Origin: Escherichia coli | GTDB taxonomy: Bacteria > Pseudomonadota > Gammaproteobacteria > Enterobacterales > Enterobacteriaceae | DNA: 64,000 nt | NCBI RefSeq assembly: GCF_045037415.1 | Contig: NZ_CP173438.1 | Strand: one strand, 5' to 3' | Shown: piece after piece, positions 1-13,999 of the stretch | Position numbering within the stretch: position 1 is the first letter of the stretch | How the letters are laid out: each line of letters starts with the position of its first letter | The notes under the pieces: model-generated | The model's database searches: none | What the model was told of the DNA's origin: nothing | What the model saw: the letters and a program-made list of their open reading frames with translations, nothing else | Position numbers and translations under genes: made by a program

Positions 1-261
1 GATCACCTGGCGGATATCACAGAGAAAACCAATCCGCTCAGCCCAATAACCGCCCAGACCAACACCACAAATGAGCGGGCGCTCGTCGACGTTCAGTTGC
101 AACATTTTGTCCACTTCTTTGAGCAAATGCTGCATATCATGTTTTGGATGCCGCGTACTGTAGCTTATTAGCCGTACATCCGGGTCAATAAACTGCAATT
201 GTAAGACTTTCTCGTGGTTACCCGGACTGTTAGAGTCAAAACCGTGCAAATAGATAATCAT
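1..261 (-). CDS. ycfP: UPF0227 family putative esterase YcfP, N-terminal part (gene runs off the left edge)
   Basis: Reverse-complement translation from ATG at 259-261 reads [47 protein letters not shown]... with no stop before position 1; sits downstream of nagZ as in E. coli. Confidence 0.8.
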
Positions 262-283
262 CGCTTCCTCACATAAGCCAGGG

Positions 284-2124
<1,841 letters not shown>

Positions 2125-2144
<20 letters not shown>

Positions 2145-2766
2145 CTTTACCTGACCAGATAATTTCGCCCGTCTGCACCAGCATCAGCTGCATTTGTAGG
2201 GTCGGAGCGTTAACGTTGCCAGAGGCGCTGGAGTACAGCACGTAATGAGCGCCAACATTGCGGGCAATGCCTATGGCTTTACTACGGGTGCCTAAACTGT
2301 CCTGCGGCGACAAACCTAATTGTTGCTTAGCCATCGACAGCTGCTGGGCGGAAACCAGGGTAAATTTACCGTTATTAGCCAGCGCATTTCGCAGCGTTTC
2401 GGTCGCTTCTGCGGCATTCAACGAACCGTTAGTACGGTTGTTAACGCTATCAACCAGCAGGACGCTACCCGCAGTCACGCCATCAGCCCCAAGCATCTTA
2501 CTGACCATCGGCTGCATTGCGCCATTCCAGTCATAATGGCGAATATGCGGCGCAGGCGGTGCAGTTTGATCTTCGTGCTCAATTGGGCCTGGCTGCTGCG
2601 GTATCGTCGGCACCGATGGCACTGTGGGGACAGGCTGTTGTGGCTCGGTTGGTTGTTCCGGCGCTGGTTTCACTTCTTCTACCGGTGCAGGTTCACGTTG
2701 CCCCACACACCCGGCAAGAAACATCGCCAGCGCGGTAATCAAGGCGTAGCGACTCATTTTTGTCAT
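2125..2766 (-). CDS. lpoB: outer-membrane lipoprotein activator of PBP1B
   Basis: [24 protein letters not shown]... with lipobox LAGC and Pro/Gln-rich linker; start taken at second Met to give 213 aa (start uncertain by one codon). Confidence 0.9.
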
Positions 2767-2779
2767 CAAGATTCACCCC

Positions 2780-3157
2780 TTACAAATATAGATAAAGTCT
2801 GACTTTGTGCGCCCCCAGAAAATTGGCGCTGCCGTACAGCGTGACCGCCGAATGTGCGGGAATGGTAACGCTGCGTGGCCTTTCCAGAGGATGCATCTCC
2901 AGCCCTCTGGCGTCATACCAGTAAAAACGATAATGAACGGTAACGGGTTCTTGCCTTTCGTTATAAAGCGTTGAGGATGCTGAAGGTTGAATATCAGATG
3001 TCGAAAGGACGGGCTTTTCTGCACTGATGCCCGCAGCCAATAAAGATGACTCCATCACCAGCGATTGCTCATCATTCACCGGAATTTCCGGATGTGAACG
3101 ACAGCCCACCAGCACTAACAACGCCAGAGACACCAGCCCAAAGCATCCTTTTCTCAT
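2780..3157 (-). CDS. ycfL: lipoprotein YcfL
   Basis: 125 aa ORF MRKGCFGLVSLALLVLVGC... with lipobox; synteny between lpoB and hinT. Confidence 0.85.
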   Translation of the reverse strand: MRKGCFGLVSLALLVLVGCRSHPEIPVNDEQSLVMESSLLAAGISAEKPVLSTSDIQPSASSTLYNERQEPVTVHYRFYWYDARGLEMHPLERPRSVTIPAHSAVTLYGSANFLGAHKVRLYLYL

Positions 3158-3159
3158 CG

Positions 3160-3519
3160 TTACAGACCTTTATGCGCCAGCATTGGTCCCAGCGGACGGC
3201 CACCCAACAAGTGCATATGGATGTGGTAAACCTCTTGTCCGCCATGGCGGTTGGTGTTCATGATCAGACGATAGCCATCTTCGGCAATACCTTCTTGCTC
3301 AGCAATTTTTGCCGCTACGGTGATCATGCGTCCCAGCGCCTGCTCATGCTCAGCTGACACGTCGTTCACAGTCGGAATGAGGATATTCGGAATGATCAGA
3401 ATATGCGTTGGCGCTTGCGGCGAAATATCGCGAAACGCCGTTACCAGATCATCCTGGTAGACGATATCGGAGGGGATCTCACGACGAATAATTTTGCTGA
3501 ATATAGTTTCTTCTGCCAC
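3160..3519 (-). CDS. hinT: HIT-family purine nucleoside phosphoramidase
   Basis: ORF contains HIT motif HIHMHLLGG; ORF track begins at a TTG at 3535-3537; I place the start at GTG 3517-3519 ([16 protein letters not shown], 119 aa). Confidence 0.85.
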   Translation of the reverse strand: MAEETIFSKIIRREIPSDIVYQDDLVTAFRDISPQAPTHILIIPNILIPTVNDVSAEHEQALGRMITVAAKIAEQEGIAEDGYRLIMNTNRHGGQEVYHIHMHLLGGRPLGPMLAHKGL

Positions 3520-3730
3520 GACATTTTCCTTTTTCAAATAGCCATGCGTTGCGCCATGCTACGCCGCGCCACACTGCGAGTATAGAGTATGGTCGAGTTA
3601 AACCTGCTCTTTCAACCTTAACTCACGATTTCTTAAGCAAAAAACCGTTTTGCTGCCGTATATATCGCCATTATTCCCATTTCTGCCTGCGAATGCGCTG
3701 AAAAGACATTTTCTGTTTGGTTTACACACC

Positions 3731-3770
3731 AAATATGAATGCGTATATTTCTCATTTGCATTTACATACA
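3731..3770 (+). promoter_or_regulatory. candidate Fur operator / promoter region of fhuE
   Basis: AT-rich segment ...atgaatgcgtatatttctcatttgcatttac... about 90-120 bp upstream of the fhuE ATG; partial match to the GATAATGATAATCATTATC iron box; fhuE is a known Fur-repressed gene. Confidence 0.4.
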
Positions 3771-3852
3771 AAATTATTCGCACACTAAATATAACCGCTC
3801 ATCACCCTGCTCCGGCATGAGCCTGACGCCAACATAAACCAAGAGATTTCAA

Positions 3853-6042
3853 ATGCTTTCGACACAATTTAACAGGGATAATCAACATCAAGCCATCATC
3901 AAACCGTCACTCCTTGCCGGTTGCATAGCACTGGCACTATTACCTTCCGCCGCTTTTGCTGCACCAGCCACTGAAGAAACGGTGATTGTTGAGGGTTCAG
4001 CCACAGCCCCAGATGATGGCGAAAATGATTACAACGTAACGTCTACCTCTGCGGGTACAAAAATGCAGATGACTCAACGTGATATTCCTCAGTCGGTCAC
4101 TATTGTTAGCCAGCAGCGGATGGAAGATCAGCAGTTACAAACGCTGGGCGAAGTGATGGAAAACACGCTGGGGATCAGCAAAAGTCAGGCGGATTCCGAT
4201 CGTGCTCTTTATTATTCCCGCGGATTCCAGATCGATAACTATATGGTTGATGGTATCCCCACCTATTTTGAATCGCGCTGGAATCTGGGCGACGCACTTT
4301 CTGATATGGCACTGTTTGAACGCGTAGAAGTAGTGCGTGGCGCGACAGGCCTCATGACCGGGACGGGTAATCCATCTGCGGCAATTAATATGGTTCGAAA
4401 ACACGCGACCAGTCGTGAATTTAAAGGCGATGTCTCGGCGGAATACGGTAGCTGGAACAAAGAACGGTATGTGGCGGATTTACAAAGCCCACTCACCGAA
4501 GACGGTAAAATCCGCGCACGAATTGTCGGCGGCTACCAGAATAACGACTCATGGCTGGACCGCTACAACAGTGAAAAGACCTTCTTCTCCGGCATTGTCG
4601 ATGCTGATTTAGGCGATCTTACGATGCTTTCAGCCGGTTACGAATATCAGCGTATTGATGTTAATAGCCCAACCTGGGGCGGTTTACCGCGCTGGAATAC
4701 TGATGGCAGCAGCAACAGTTACGATCGCGCACGCAGTACCGCACCTGACTGGGCGTACAACGATAAAGAGATCAACAAGGTCTTTATGACCCTGAAGCAG
4801 CGGTTTGCTGATACCTGGCAAGCGACGCTGAATGCCACCCACTCTGAAGTCGAATTTGACAGCAAAATGATGTATGTCGATGCCTATGTAAACAAAGCGG
4901 ATGGTATGCTGGTTGGGCCATACAGTAATTATGGCCCTGGTTTTGATTATGTCGGAGGCACCGGTTGGAACAGCGGCAAACGTAAAGTTGATGCGCTGGA
5001 TCTGTTCGCTGACGGTAGTTATGAATTGTTTGGTCGTCAGCACAATTTAATGTTTGGTGGCAGTTACAGCAAACAAAACAATCGTTACTTCAGTTCATGG
5101 GCCAACATTTTCCCGGATGAAATTGGCAGTTTCTACAACTTTAATGGCAATTTCCCACAAACCGACAGGTCACCACAGAGTCTGGCGCAGGACGATACCA
5201 CACATATGAAATCGTTATATGCTGCCACTCGTGTCACCCTTGCCGATCCGCTGCATCTGATCCTCGGCGCACGTTATACCAAGTGGCGGGTTGATACGCT
5301 GACTTACAGCATGGAGAAAAACCACACCACGCCTTATGCTGGACTGGTGTTTGACATCAATGATAACTGGTCGACCTACGCCAGCTATACCTCTATTTTT
5401 CAGCCGCAAAATGATCGTGACAGTTCAGGCAAATATCTGGCACCAATCACCGGTAACAACTACGAGCTGGGTCTGAAATCGGACTGGATGAATAGCCGTC
5501 TGACCACCACGTTAGCCATCTTCCGTATTGAGCAGGATAATGTCGCTCAGTCCACCGGTACACCTATCCCCGGCAGCAACGGCGAAACCGCCTATAAAGC
5601 GGTGGATGGGACAGTCAGTAAAGGTGTGGAATTTGAACTCAACGGCGCAATTACCGACAACTGGCAGCTGACGTTTGGCGCAACGCGCTATATTGCAGAG
5701 GATAACGAAGGAAACGCCGTTAATCCTAATCTGCCACGCACCACGGTTAAAATGTTCACCAGCTATCGGTTGCCTGTCATGCCAGAGTTGACGGTCGGCG
5801 GTGGTGTTAACTGGCAAAATCGCGTGTATACCGACACCGTGACACCGTATGGCACCTTCCGCGCCGAGCAAGGTAGCTACGCGCTGGTGGATCTCTTCAC
5901 CCGCTACCAGGTGACGAAAAACTTCTCGTTACAGGGGAACGTCAATAACCTGTTCGACAAAACCTACGATACCAACGTGGAAGGTTCTATTGTCTACGGC
6001 GCACCGCGTAATTTAAGCATTACCGGCACGTATCAATTCTGA
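3853..6042 (+). CDS. fhuE: TonB-dependent outer-membrane receptor for ferric coprogen / rhodotorulic acid
   Basis: 729 aa ORF with signal peptide, TonB box-like N-terminus and C-terminal aromatic residue (…TGTYQF) typical of TonB-dependent receptors. Confidence 0.95.
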   Translation: MLSTQFNRDNQHQAIIKPSLLAGCIALALLPSAAFAAPATEETVIVEGSATAPDDGENDYNVTSTSAGTKMQMTQRDIPQSVTIVSQQRMEDQQLQTLGEVMENTLGISKSQADSDRALYYSRGFQIDNYMVDGIPTYFESRWNLGDALSDMALFERVEVVRGATGLMTGTGNPSAAINMVRKHATSREFKGDVSAEYGSWNKERYVADLQSPLTEDGKIRARIVGGYQNNDSWLDRYNSEKTFFSGIVDADLGDLTMLSAGYEYQRIDVNSPTWGGLPRWNTDGSSNSYDRARSTAPDWAYNDKEINKVFMTLKQRFADTWQATLNATHSEVEFDSKMMYVDAYVNKADGMLVGPYSNYGPGFDYVGGTGWNSGKRKVDALDLFADGSYELFGRQHNLMFGGSYSKQNNRYFSSWANIFPDEIGSFYNFNGNFPQTDRSPQSLAQDDTTHMKSLYAATRVTLADPLHLILGARYTKWRVDTLTYSMEKNHTTPYAGLVFDINDNWSTYASYTSIFQPQNDRDSSGKYLAPITGNNYELGLKSDWMNSRLTTTLAIFRIEQDNVAQSTGTPIPGSNGETAYKAVDGTVSKGVEFELNGAITDNWQLTFGATRYIAEDNEGNAVNPNLPRTTVKMFTSYRLPVMPELTVGGGVNWQNRVYTDTVTPYGTFRAEQGSYALVDLFTRYQVTKNFSLQGNVNNLFDKTYDTNVEGSIVYGAPRNLSITGTYQF

Positions 6043-6052
6043 ATAACGCCTG

Positions 6053-6079
6053 TAAAAAAGGCAGCCATCTGGCTGCCTT
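6053..6079 (-). terminator. rho-independent terminator downstream of ptsG
   Basis: Stem aaggcagcc/ggctgcctt (6058-6079) preceded on the plus strand by an A-run, i.e. hairpin followed by U-run on the ptsG (minus) transcript. Confidence 0.7.
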
Positions 6080-6101
6080 AGTCTCCCCAACGTCTTACGG
6101 A

Positions 6102-7535
6102 TTAGTGGTTACGGATGTACTCATCCATCTCGGTTTTCAGGTTATCGGATTTAGTACCGAAAATCGCCTGAACACCAGAACCAGCAACCACTACGCCCGC
6201 TGCGCCCAGTTTCTTCAGGCCAGCCTGATCCACTTTAGACACATCAGCAACGCTGACGCGCAGACGGGTAATACATGCGTCGAGGTTAGTAATGTTTTCT
6301 TTACCACCAAATGCAGCAACCAGAGCCGGTGCCATTTCGCTGGTACCTGTCGCTTTTGCGTCTTCAGTCGCGTCTTCACGACCCGGCGTTTTCAGATCCA
6401 GTGCTTTAATCAGCACGCGGAAGATGGTGTAGTAAACAATGGCATAACCGATACCGACGATCGGGAACAGCCACAGTTTGCTGCTGTTACCAGACAGAAC
6501 GATGAAGTCGATCAGACCGTGCGAGAACGACGTACCGTCACGCATCCCCAGAAGAATACAGATTGGGAATGCCAGGCCTGCCAGAATCGCGTGGATGATG
6601 TACAGGATCGGCGCAACGAACATGAAGGAGAACTCGATCGGCTCGGTGATACCGGTCAGGAACGAGGTCAGCGCCGCGGAGATCATAATACCGCCCACTT
6701 TCGCGCGGTTTTCTGGTTTAGCAGAGTGCCAGATAGCAATTGCGGCAGCTGGCAGACCGTACATTTTGAACAGGAAGCCACCAGACAGTTTACCCGCAGT
6801 CGGGTCACCCGCCATATAACGCGGAATGTCGCCGTGGAAAACCTGACCTGCTGCGTTGGTGTATTCACCAATCTGCATCTGGAAAGGTACGTTCCAGATG
6901 TGGTGCAGACCAAACGGTACCAGGCAACGTTCGATGAAACCGTAAATGCCAAACGCAACTACCGGGTTCTGGTAAGCAGCCCACTGAGAGAAGGTCTGGA
7001 TTGCAGAGCCAATAGGCGGCCAAATGAAGGACAGCACAACGCCAGTAAAGATGGCAGTCAGGCCTGAAATGATCGGCACAAAGCGTTTACCGGCAAAGAA
7101 GCCAAGATACTCAGGCAGCTTAATACGGTAGAAACGGTTAAACATGTACGCTGCGATCGCACCGGAGATAATCCCCCCGAGTACGCCAGTATCCGCCAGG
7201 TGTTTAGAGGCGATTTCTTCAGCAGGTAAATGCAGTACCAGTGGCGCAACCACGGCCATGGTTTTAACCATGATGCCATAGGCAACAACTGCGGCCAGCG
7301 CGGATACGCCATCGTTATTGGTAAAGCCGAGGGCGACACCGATCGCAAAAATCAGTGGCATGTTTGCAAAGACGGAACCGCCTGCTTCTGCCATAACATG
7401 CGATACAACGGCGGGCAGCCAGCTGAAATTCGCGGAACCGACGCCCAGCAGAATACCTGCGATAGGCAGTACGGATACCGGCAGCATCAGCGATTTACCG
7501 ACCTTTTGCAGGTTAGCAAATGCATTCTTAAACAT
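6102..7535 (-). CDS. ptsG: glucose-specific PTS enzyme IICB
   Basis: 477 aa [36 protein letters not shown]... with EIIC membrane domain and C-terminal EIIB (…[11 protein letters not shown]…). Confidence 0.97.
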
Positions 7536-7640
7536 AATTGAGAGTGCTCCTGAGTATGGGTGCTTTTTTTACGTTCTCACGCGTGGCAAGGGGGGAGTGC
7601 CTCGCCGTGTACAGGGCATCTAAGCGCCCTTTATTTATTA
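7536..7640 (-). promoter_or_regulatory. ptsG 5' UTR including the ribosome-binding region targeted by sRNA SgrS
   Basis: Reverse complement reads ...AAAGCACCCATACTCAGGAGCACTCTCAATT-ATG, the ptsG leader known to pair with SgrS. Confidence 0.7.
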
Positions 7641-7655
7641 CACAGAGTAAAATAA
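7631..7655 (-). promoter_or_regulatory. candidate Mlc (NagC-family) operator of the ptsG promoter
   Basis: Near-palindrome TTATTTATTACACAGAGTAAAATAA with TTATTT...AAATAA arms, located about 100 bp upstream of the ptsG ATG. Confidence 0.5.
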
Positions 7656-7829
7656 TTCAGTGCCGATTTGTTTGACGGCTATCACGTTTCAACTTCAGAT
7701 CATTGGAGAAGTTGCACATTTTGACAAAACATATGTCACAATATTTCAAACGTGGTTATTCACCGCCCGATTTTCGGCGGTGAACTTTACTCGTTTTAGC
7801 CATTAATTACGAGCTTTAAAAAAACTCAT

Positions 7830-8627
7830 TCAACGGATGGATTGAAGGCGGGAAGCATCGATGTGAAACAGACGGGCGAAGTTATCGGTGGTTACCTGCG
7901 CCAGTTCTTCAACGGCAACACCTTTCAACACAGCCATGTATTCTGCAACGTCACGAACCATCGCAGGTTGATTCTCTTTTCCTCGATGCGGTACTGGCGC
8001 AAGGTAAGGTGAGTCAGTTTCCACCAGTAACCGATCCAGGGGGACATAACGCGCAGCATCGCGCAGTTGCTCCGCATTACGGAAGGTCACAATGCCGGAA
8101 AAGGAGATGTAAAATCCGAGATCCAGTAATTTACCCGCCGTTTCTCTGTCCTCTGTAAAACAGTGTAGTACGCCACCGCAATCCGTCACTTTTTCTTCGC
8201 GCAGAATTGCCAGCGTATCGGCGCGGGCGTCACGGGTGTGGACGATAACCGGCTTGTTCAGTTCACGACCAATCTGGATATGATGGATGAAGGACTCTTG
8301 CTGACGTACTTTAGTTTCCGGCGTGTAATAATAATCCAGCCCGGTTTCACCCAGCGCTACAACGCCCTCTTCTGCCGCCAGACGACGTAAATCTTCTACA
8401 TCGTAGGGATCATTCTGGTTGAGTGGATGCACGCCACAAGAAAATACGACGTTGTCGCGTTCGCCTACCAGATCCCGCATGTGTAAATAACCCGGTAATG
8501 TTGTGGCGACTGCCAGACAAAATTTCACATCGCGTGCGGCGGCTTTCGCCAGAACGTCATCCACGTCCTTATGCAAAGATTCATAATCCAGACCATCGAG
8601 ATGGCAGTGTGAGTCGACTAAAAACAT
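7830..8627 (-). CDS. ycfH: TatD-family metal-dependent DNase
   Basis: ORF with [11 protein letters not shown]... start (ATG at 8625-8627, 265 aa); the upstream extension in the ORF track is not supported. Confidence 0.9.
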
Positions 8628-8637
8628 GATGTCTCTC

Positions 8638-9642
8638 TTAAAGATGAGGAACCGGTAGCACAACGCCCGGTTGCAGGTAATGCTCAATACGCAGTAAAAG
8701 ATCGGTGATGAGAAGCTCGCGGTTGATACCTGTGACAGACATTAACTGTTCACGAATGTGGCAAACATCCCCCAGTATAGCCTGCAGGCGCGAGGGAGAA
8801 AGATGGTTTGCCAGTTCGACGACCAGCCCCGGCACATCAACATTGGTCACGTGCGCAGCGCCATAATGGCGTTTTAGCGCATCCATCAGCAACGTTGCCA
8901 GCCAGTGTAAACGCGCCGGAGCTTGTTCATTATTAAGGGCCGCTAGCAGCGAATACCAGTCGCCCGATTGCACGCCATATGCCAGCGCCTGACACAATGT
9001 TTCACGAGCCTGCCAGTTATCTCCCTGAAACAACGCCAGTGCCGCCCCAGGCGAACCGGCGCTTAAGCGCAATGCGGCAAGTAGTGCATCCTGTGACATT
9101 GTCACTTCGCGTGAAAGCCAGGTCACGGCGTACTGTTCCGGCGGCGGCGCAAGGTAATGTAACCGACAACGACTACGTAATGTTGCCAGTAAACGTTCTG
9201 GCTCGCGGGTAGCAAGGAAAAACCACGTCTCTGCTGGTGGCTCTTCAAGCGTTTTCAGCAATGCGTTAGCCGCGGCGTCGGTTAGTAAGGCAGCATCGGT
9301 TACCCAGACAACTTTCGCACCACCTAAGCGTGCGTGCTCATTCAGCTTTTCGGTGACCTCACGTACCGCATCAATGCCCAGCGCATTTTTCCCTTTTTCG
9401 GGAGCCAGGGTGTAGTAATCGGGATGTGTGCCAGCCTGCATCAACTGACATCCACGACAGTGACCGCAACTTTTGTGGCCCTGCGGTTGTTGGCAGAGTA
9501 AATAACGGCTCAGGGCGTAGATTAAAGCATCATCGCCCATGCCCGGTAACGCCTGAATGAGTAGCGCATGGTGACCTCTTCCGGCCTGATAGCTGGCTAC
9601 CAGTTTTTCGAAATCAGGTCGTAACCATGGATACCATCTCAT
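8638..9642 (-). CDS. holB: DNA polymerase III delta-prime subunit
   Basis: [40 protein letters not shown]...; clamp-loader AAA+ fold with Cys-rich zinc module (CGHCRGC); start ATG overlaps tmk stop (ATGA). Confidence 0.95.
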   Translation of the reverse strand: MRWYPWLRPDFEKLVASYQAGRGHHALLIQALPGMGDDALIYALSRYLLCQQPQGHKSCGHCRGCQLMQAGTHPDYYTLAPEKGKNALGIDAVREVTEKLNEHARLGGAKVVWVTDAALLTDAAANALLKTLEEPPAETWFFLATREPERLLATLRSRCRLHYLAPPPEQYAVTWLSREVTMSQDALLAALRLSAGSPGAALALFQGDNWQARETLCQALAYGVQSGDWYSLLAALNNEQAPARLHWLATLLMDALKRHYGAAHVTNVDVPGLVVELANHLSPSRLQAILGDVCHIREQLMSVTGINRELLITDLLLRIEHYLQPGVVLPVPHL

Positions 9643-10280
9643 GCGTCCAACTCCTTCACCCAATTGGTCACGGTAGTGCGGATTGCATCCATCACGGCCT
9701 CCAGCGGCTGGGTGGCATCAATGGTATGAATGCTTTTATCTTGTGCTGCCAGTTCCAGATAGCGGGCGCGGGTGCGATTAAAGAAATCGAATGACTCTTG
9801 CTCAATACGATCCAGCTCACCACGGGCGCGAGCACGTTTTAAGCCGACCTCTGGGGTGACATCAAGATAAAGCGTTAAGTCAGGGCGAAAATCCCCGAGA
9901 ACAGCATCACGCAGTGTTGCCAGCATATGTTGGTCAATACCACGTCCTCCACCCTGATAGGCTTGAGTGGAGAGATCGTGGCGATCGCCAATCACCCAGG
10001 TGCCGTTAGCCAGCGCAGGTTTGATGACCGTTTCTACCAGTTGAACGCGCGCGGCATAAAACATCAAAACTTCGGCTTTATCGGTAATGACTTCATCGCC
10101 TACCGATTTGATATCCAGCACCAGGCTTCTTAACTTTTCGGCAAGTTGCGTACCGCCAGGTTCCCGAGTGAAAACCATGTCGCGGATACCCAGTTGCTCA
10201 AGCGTCTCAACCACCACGTTACGCGCGGTAGTTTTGCCTGCGCCTTCCAGCCCCTCAATGACGATATACTTACTGCGCAT
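9639..10280 (-). CDS. tmk: thymidylate kinase
   Basis: 213 aa [21 protein letters not shown]... with P-loop. Confidence 0.97.
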   Translation of the reverse strand: MRSKYIVIEGLEGAGKTTARNVVVETLEQLGIRDMVFTREPGGTQLAEKLRSLVLDIKSVGDEVITDKAEVLMFYAARVQLVETVIKPALANGTWVIGDRHDLSTQAYQGGGRGIDQHMLATLRDAVLGDFRPDLTLYLDVTPEVGLKRARARGELDRIEQESFDFFNRTRARYLELAAQDKSIHTIDATQPLEAVMDAIRTTVTNWVKELDA

Positions 10281-11292
10281 TTTTTTCCTTAAGCACTTTC
10301 AGATAATCCTGCACAGACTTGTTATGACTGGCAAGATTGGTATTAAACGTGTGACCACCTTTACCATCGGCCACAAAATAGAGATACGGCGTTTTTGCCG
10401 GATGCGCAGCAGCCTTCAGCGAATCCGCCCCCGGCGTCGCTATCGCACCTGGCGGCAGACCGGTAATGGTATAGGTGTTATACGCTGTCGGCGTTTCCAG
10501 GTCTGCACGAGAAAGTTTGCCATTATAACGCTCTCCCATCCCGTAAATCACGGTCGGGTCGGTCTGCAGGCGCATACCAATGCGTAAACGGTTGATAAAT
10601 ACTGAGGCAACCTGATCGCGTTCACTGGCAACGGCGGTTTCTTTTTCGATAATTGATGCCATCGTCACCAACTGGTTTTTATCTTTATAAGGCAGACCGT
10701 CCGCACGCCCTTCCCAGGCGCTATCGACCGCTTTCACCATTTTCTTGTGCGCTCGTTTGAGTAACGCGACATCGGTGGTATTGGCGGTATACATCCAGGT
10801 GTCTGGCCAGAACCAACCTTCAATCCACTCCGGGTTTTCCAGTTCAAGTGCCTGCGCTACGGTGGCGTACTTATCGTCGCTCAGCGTGTGCTTGATATAC
10901 GGAGCCTCACGCAATTGCTTGAGGTAGTCGCTCAGACGCATCCCTTCTACCAGTCGCAGCGGGAACTGTGCTTCTTTACCGCTTTCCAACAATTTCAGCA
11001 TCTCGCGCACGGTCATCTGCGGTGTAAAGCGGTAAGTCCCGGCTTTAAAGTGAGAAAGATCCGGTTCGATACGCAGCAGCCATTGGAAAACCCGTGGGCG
11101 ATTGATGATCTTATCGGCATAAAGCTGTTCACCGAGCGCCAGACGTCCGGTCCCTGGCTTCAGGGTAAATATCGTCTCTTCTTTGATAAGCAATTTGCTG
11201 TCGGCAAGATGGCGAACCTTCCAGACGCCCACACCAGCGGCGATACCCAGTACCACCAGCAATAACAAGATTATCAATAACACTTTTTTCAT
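10270..11292 (-). CDS. mltG: endolytic murein transglycosylase (YceG/MltG family)
   Basis: 340 aa ORF with N-terminal transmembrane helix [20 protein letters not shown]... and YceG-like domain. Confidence 0.92.
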   Translation of the reverse strand: MKKVLLIILLLLVVLGIAAGVGVWKVRHLADSKLLIKEETIFTLKPGTGRLALGEQLYADKIINRPRVFQWLLRIEPDLSHFKAGTYRFTPQMTVREMLKLLESGKEAQFPLRLVEGMRLSDYLKQLREAPYIKHTLSDDKYATVAQALELENPEWIEGWFWPDTWMYTANTTDVALLKRAHKKMVKAVDSAWEGRADGLPYKDKNQLVTMASIIEKETAVASERDQVASVFINRLRIGMRLQTDPTVIYGMGERYNGKLSRADLETPTAYNTYTITGLPPGAIATPGADSLKAAAHPAKTPYLYFVADGKGGHTFNTNLASHNKSVQDYLKVLKEKNAQ

Positions 11293-11294
11293 GA

Positions 11295-12104
11295 CTAATT
11301 CGGGCGCTCACAAAGTGGGGCTAAATATTCATATAACGTTGCTGACGAAAAGGAGACATCGCCACAGGCACGTACGGGCATCACTGGCATTAACGCATTA
11401 CAAATAACCATCTCATCTGCCTGCAACGCCTCTTCCAGAGAGGCTTGCACTTCGACAAGCTGATAAGAGGATTGTGCCAGCAAACGGATACAGAATTGTC
11501 GCATAATGCCGTTAACACCTGCCTGATCCAGTCGCGGCGTATAAACTACGTTGCCCTTCCGCCAGAACAAATTAGCCGCACAGCATTCCGTAACCCACCC
11601 TTCGCTGTCAAGGACCAGCGCCTCATCAGCGTTTGTCTGCTCAAGATGAGAGCGGATCAATACTTGCTCAAGCCGATTAAGATGTTTAATACCTGCAAGA
11701 TGAGGATTGCGCCCCAGCCGCACCGGGCTTAGCGCCAACGTCATCCCTTCGTTACGCAAACGGTCGTAATGTGCAGGATAAGCCGTAACGGAGAGAATCC
11801 GCGTTGCCGGTCCACTGTTCAATGTGCTGTACCCTCGCCCGCCACTACCGCGACTGATCACGACTTTCAGTACACCATTTTGCTGTTCTGCTGCCAGCGT
11901 TTTCATCTCTTGTTCAAGCTGAGGCCAGAAGTCACAGGAAATCATCAACCGCTGACAAGCATCCTGTAGTCGCTGGATATGCGCCGATAACAAACTGACT
12001 TTACCGTCGATAACTCTGGCGGTGGTAAAACAACCATCACCAAACTGCGTTGCCCGATCGCTTACTGCCAGCGATTCCTGCTTATGACCGTTAATTAAGA
12101 ACAT
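11295..12104 (-). CDS. pabC: aminodeoxychorismate lyase
   Basis: 269 aa [31 protein letters not shown]...; class IV aminotransferase fold; synteny. Confidence 0.92.
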   Translation of the reverse strand: MFLINGHKQESLAVSDRATQFGDGCFTTARVIDGKVSLLSAHIQRLQDACQRLMISCDFWPQLEQEMKTLAAEQQNGVLKVVISRGSGGRGYSTLNSGPATRILSVTAYPAHYDRLRNEGMTLALSPVRLGRNPHLAGIKHLNRLEQVLIRSHLEQTNADEALVLDSEGWVTECCAANLFWRKGNVVYTPRLDQAGVNGIMRQFCIRLLAQSSYQLVEVQASLEEALQADEMVICNALMPVMPVRACGDVSFSSATLYEYLAPLCERPN

Positions 12105-12223
12105 ACCGGCTCCTTATCAGAGAATTGTTAGTGTGGCAGCATGTTCACTACGGAACAAGTCGGAATAAAAGCTAAGAAAAAAGGCCCGCAAGCGGACCTT
12201 TTATAAGGGTGGAAAATGACAAT

Positions 12224-13495
<1,272 letters not shown>

Positions 13496-13502
13496 CTAGT
13501 GG

Positions 13503-13540
13503 GACAAAAAGATAAAACTCAGGCGGTCGAACGACCGCCT
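13503..13540 (-). terminator. hairpin with U-run between acpP and fabF (partial terminator / attenuator)
   Basis: Stem aggcggtcg/cgaccgcct (13521-13540) followed on the minus strand by a U-rich run (plus-strand A-run 13505-13520). Confidence 0.6.
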
Positions 13541-13552
13541 GGAGATGTTCAC

Positions 13553-13789
13553 TTACGCCTGGTGGCCGTTGATGTAATCAATGGCAGCCTGAACGGTGGT
13601 GATTTTCTCAGCTTCTTCGTCCGGAATCTCAGTATCAAACTCTTCTTCCAGAGCCATTACCAGCTCAACGGTGTCAAGAGAATCCGCGCCCAGGTCTTCA
13701 ACGAAAGAAGCATTGTTGGTAACTTCTTCCTGCTTAACGCCCAGCTGTTCGCCGATAATTTTCTTAACGCGTTCTTCGATAGTGCTCAT
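13553..13789 (-). CDS. acpP: acyl carrier protein
   Basis: 78 aa [54 protein letters not shown]... with DSLD phosphopantetheine attachment site. Confidence 0.99.
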
Positions 13790-13999
13790 ACTCTTAAATT
13801 TCCTATCAAAACTCGCTTTCGCGATGGTTTTCGTAGTGTATAAAATGTTGAAAAATTTGCAACTAAATCCCGGCAGGTCTTACCACGATTTTACGTTATT
13901 TTGAGGCCTTACCCCCCAATAACGCAAATCATTTTGCACTAATTATTACTCATAACCACGCAGACTGCGCGCAACATGAGCATTTTGTGCAAATCGCGG

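Noticed and set aside
6105-7067. 320 aa plus-strand ORF antisense to ptsG
   Set aside because: Completely embedded in the well-supported ptsG coding sequence; Arg/Thr/Val-rich translation with no recognisable fold; a typical shadow ORF.
7757-7782. Perfect palindrome ttcaccgcc-cgattttc-ggcggtgaa called as a specific regulator operator
   Set aside because: I cannot assign it to a known binding motif; it may simply be the ycfH terminator stem. Mentioned within the ptsG finding but not called as a feature.
8628-8687. N-terminal extension of ycfH in the ORF track ([20 protein letters not shown]...)
   Set aside because: The extension would overlap the holB 3' end; the conserved TatD-family protein begins at MFLVDSHCH (ATG 8625-8627).
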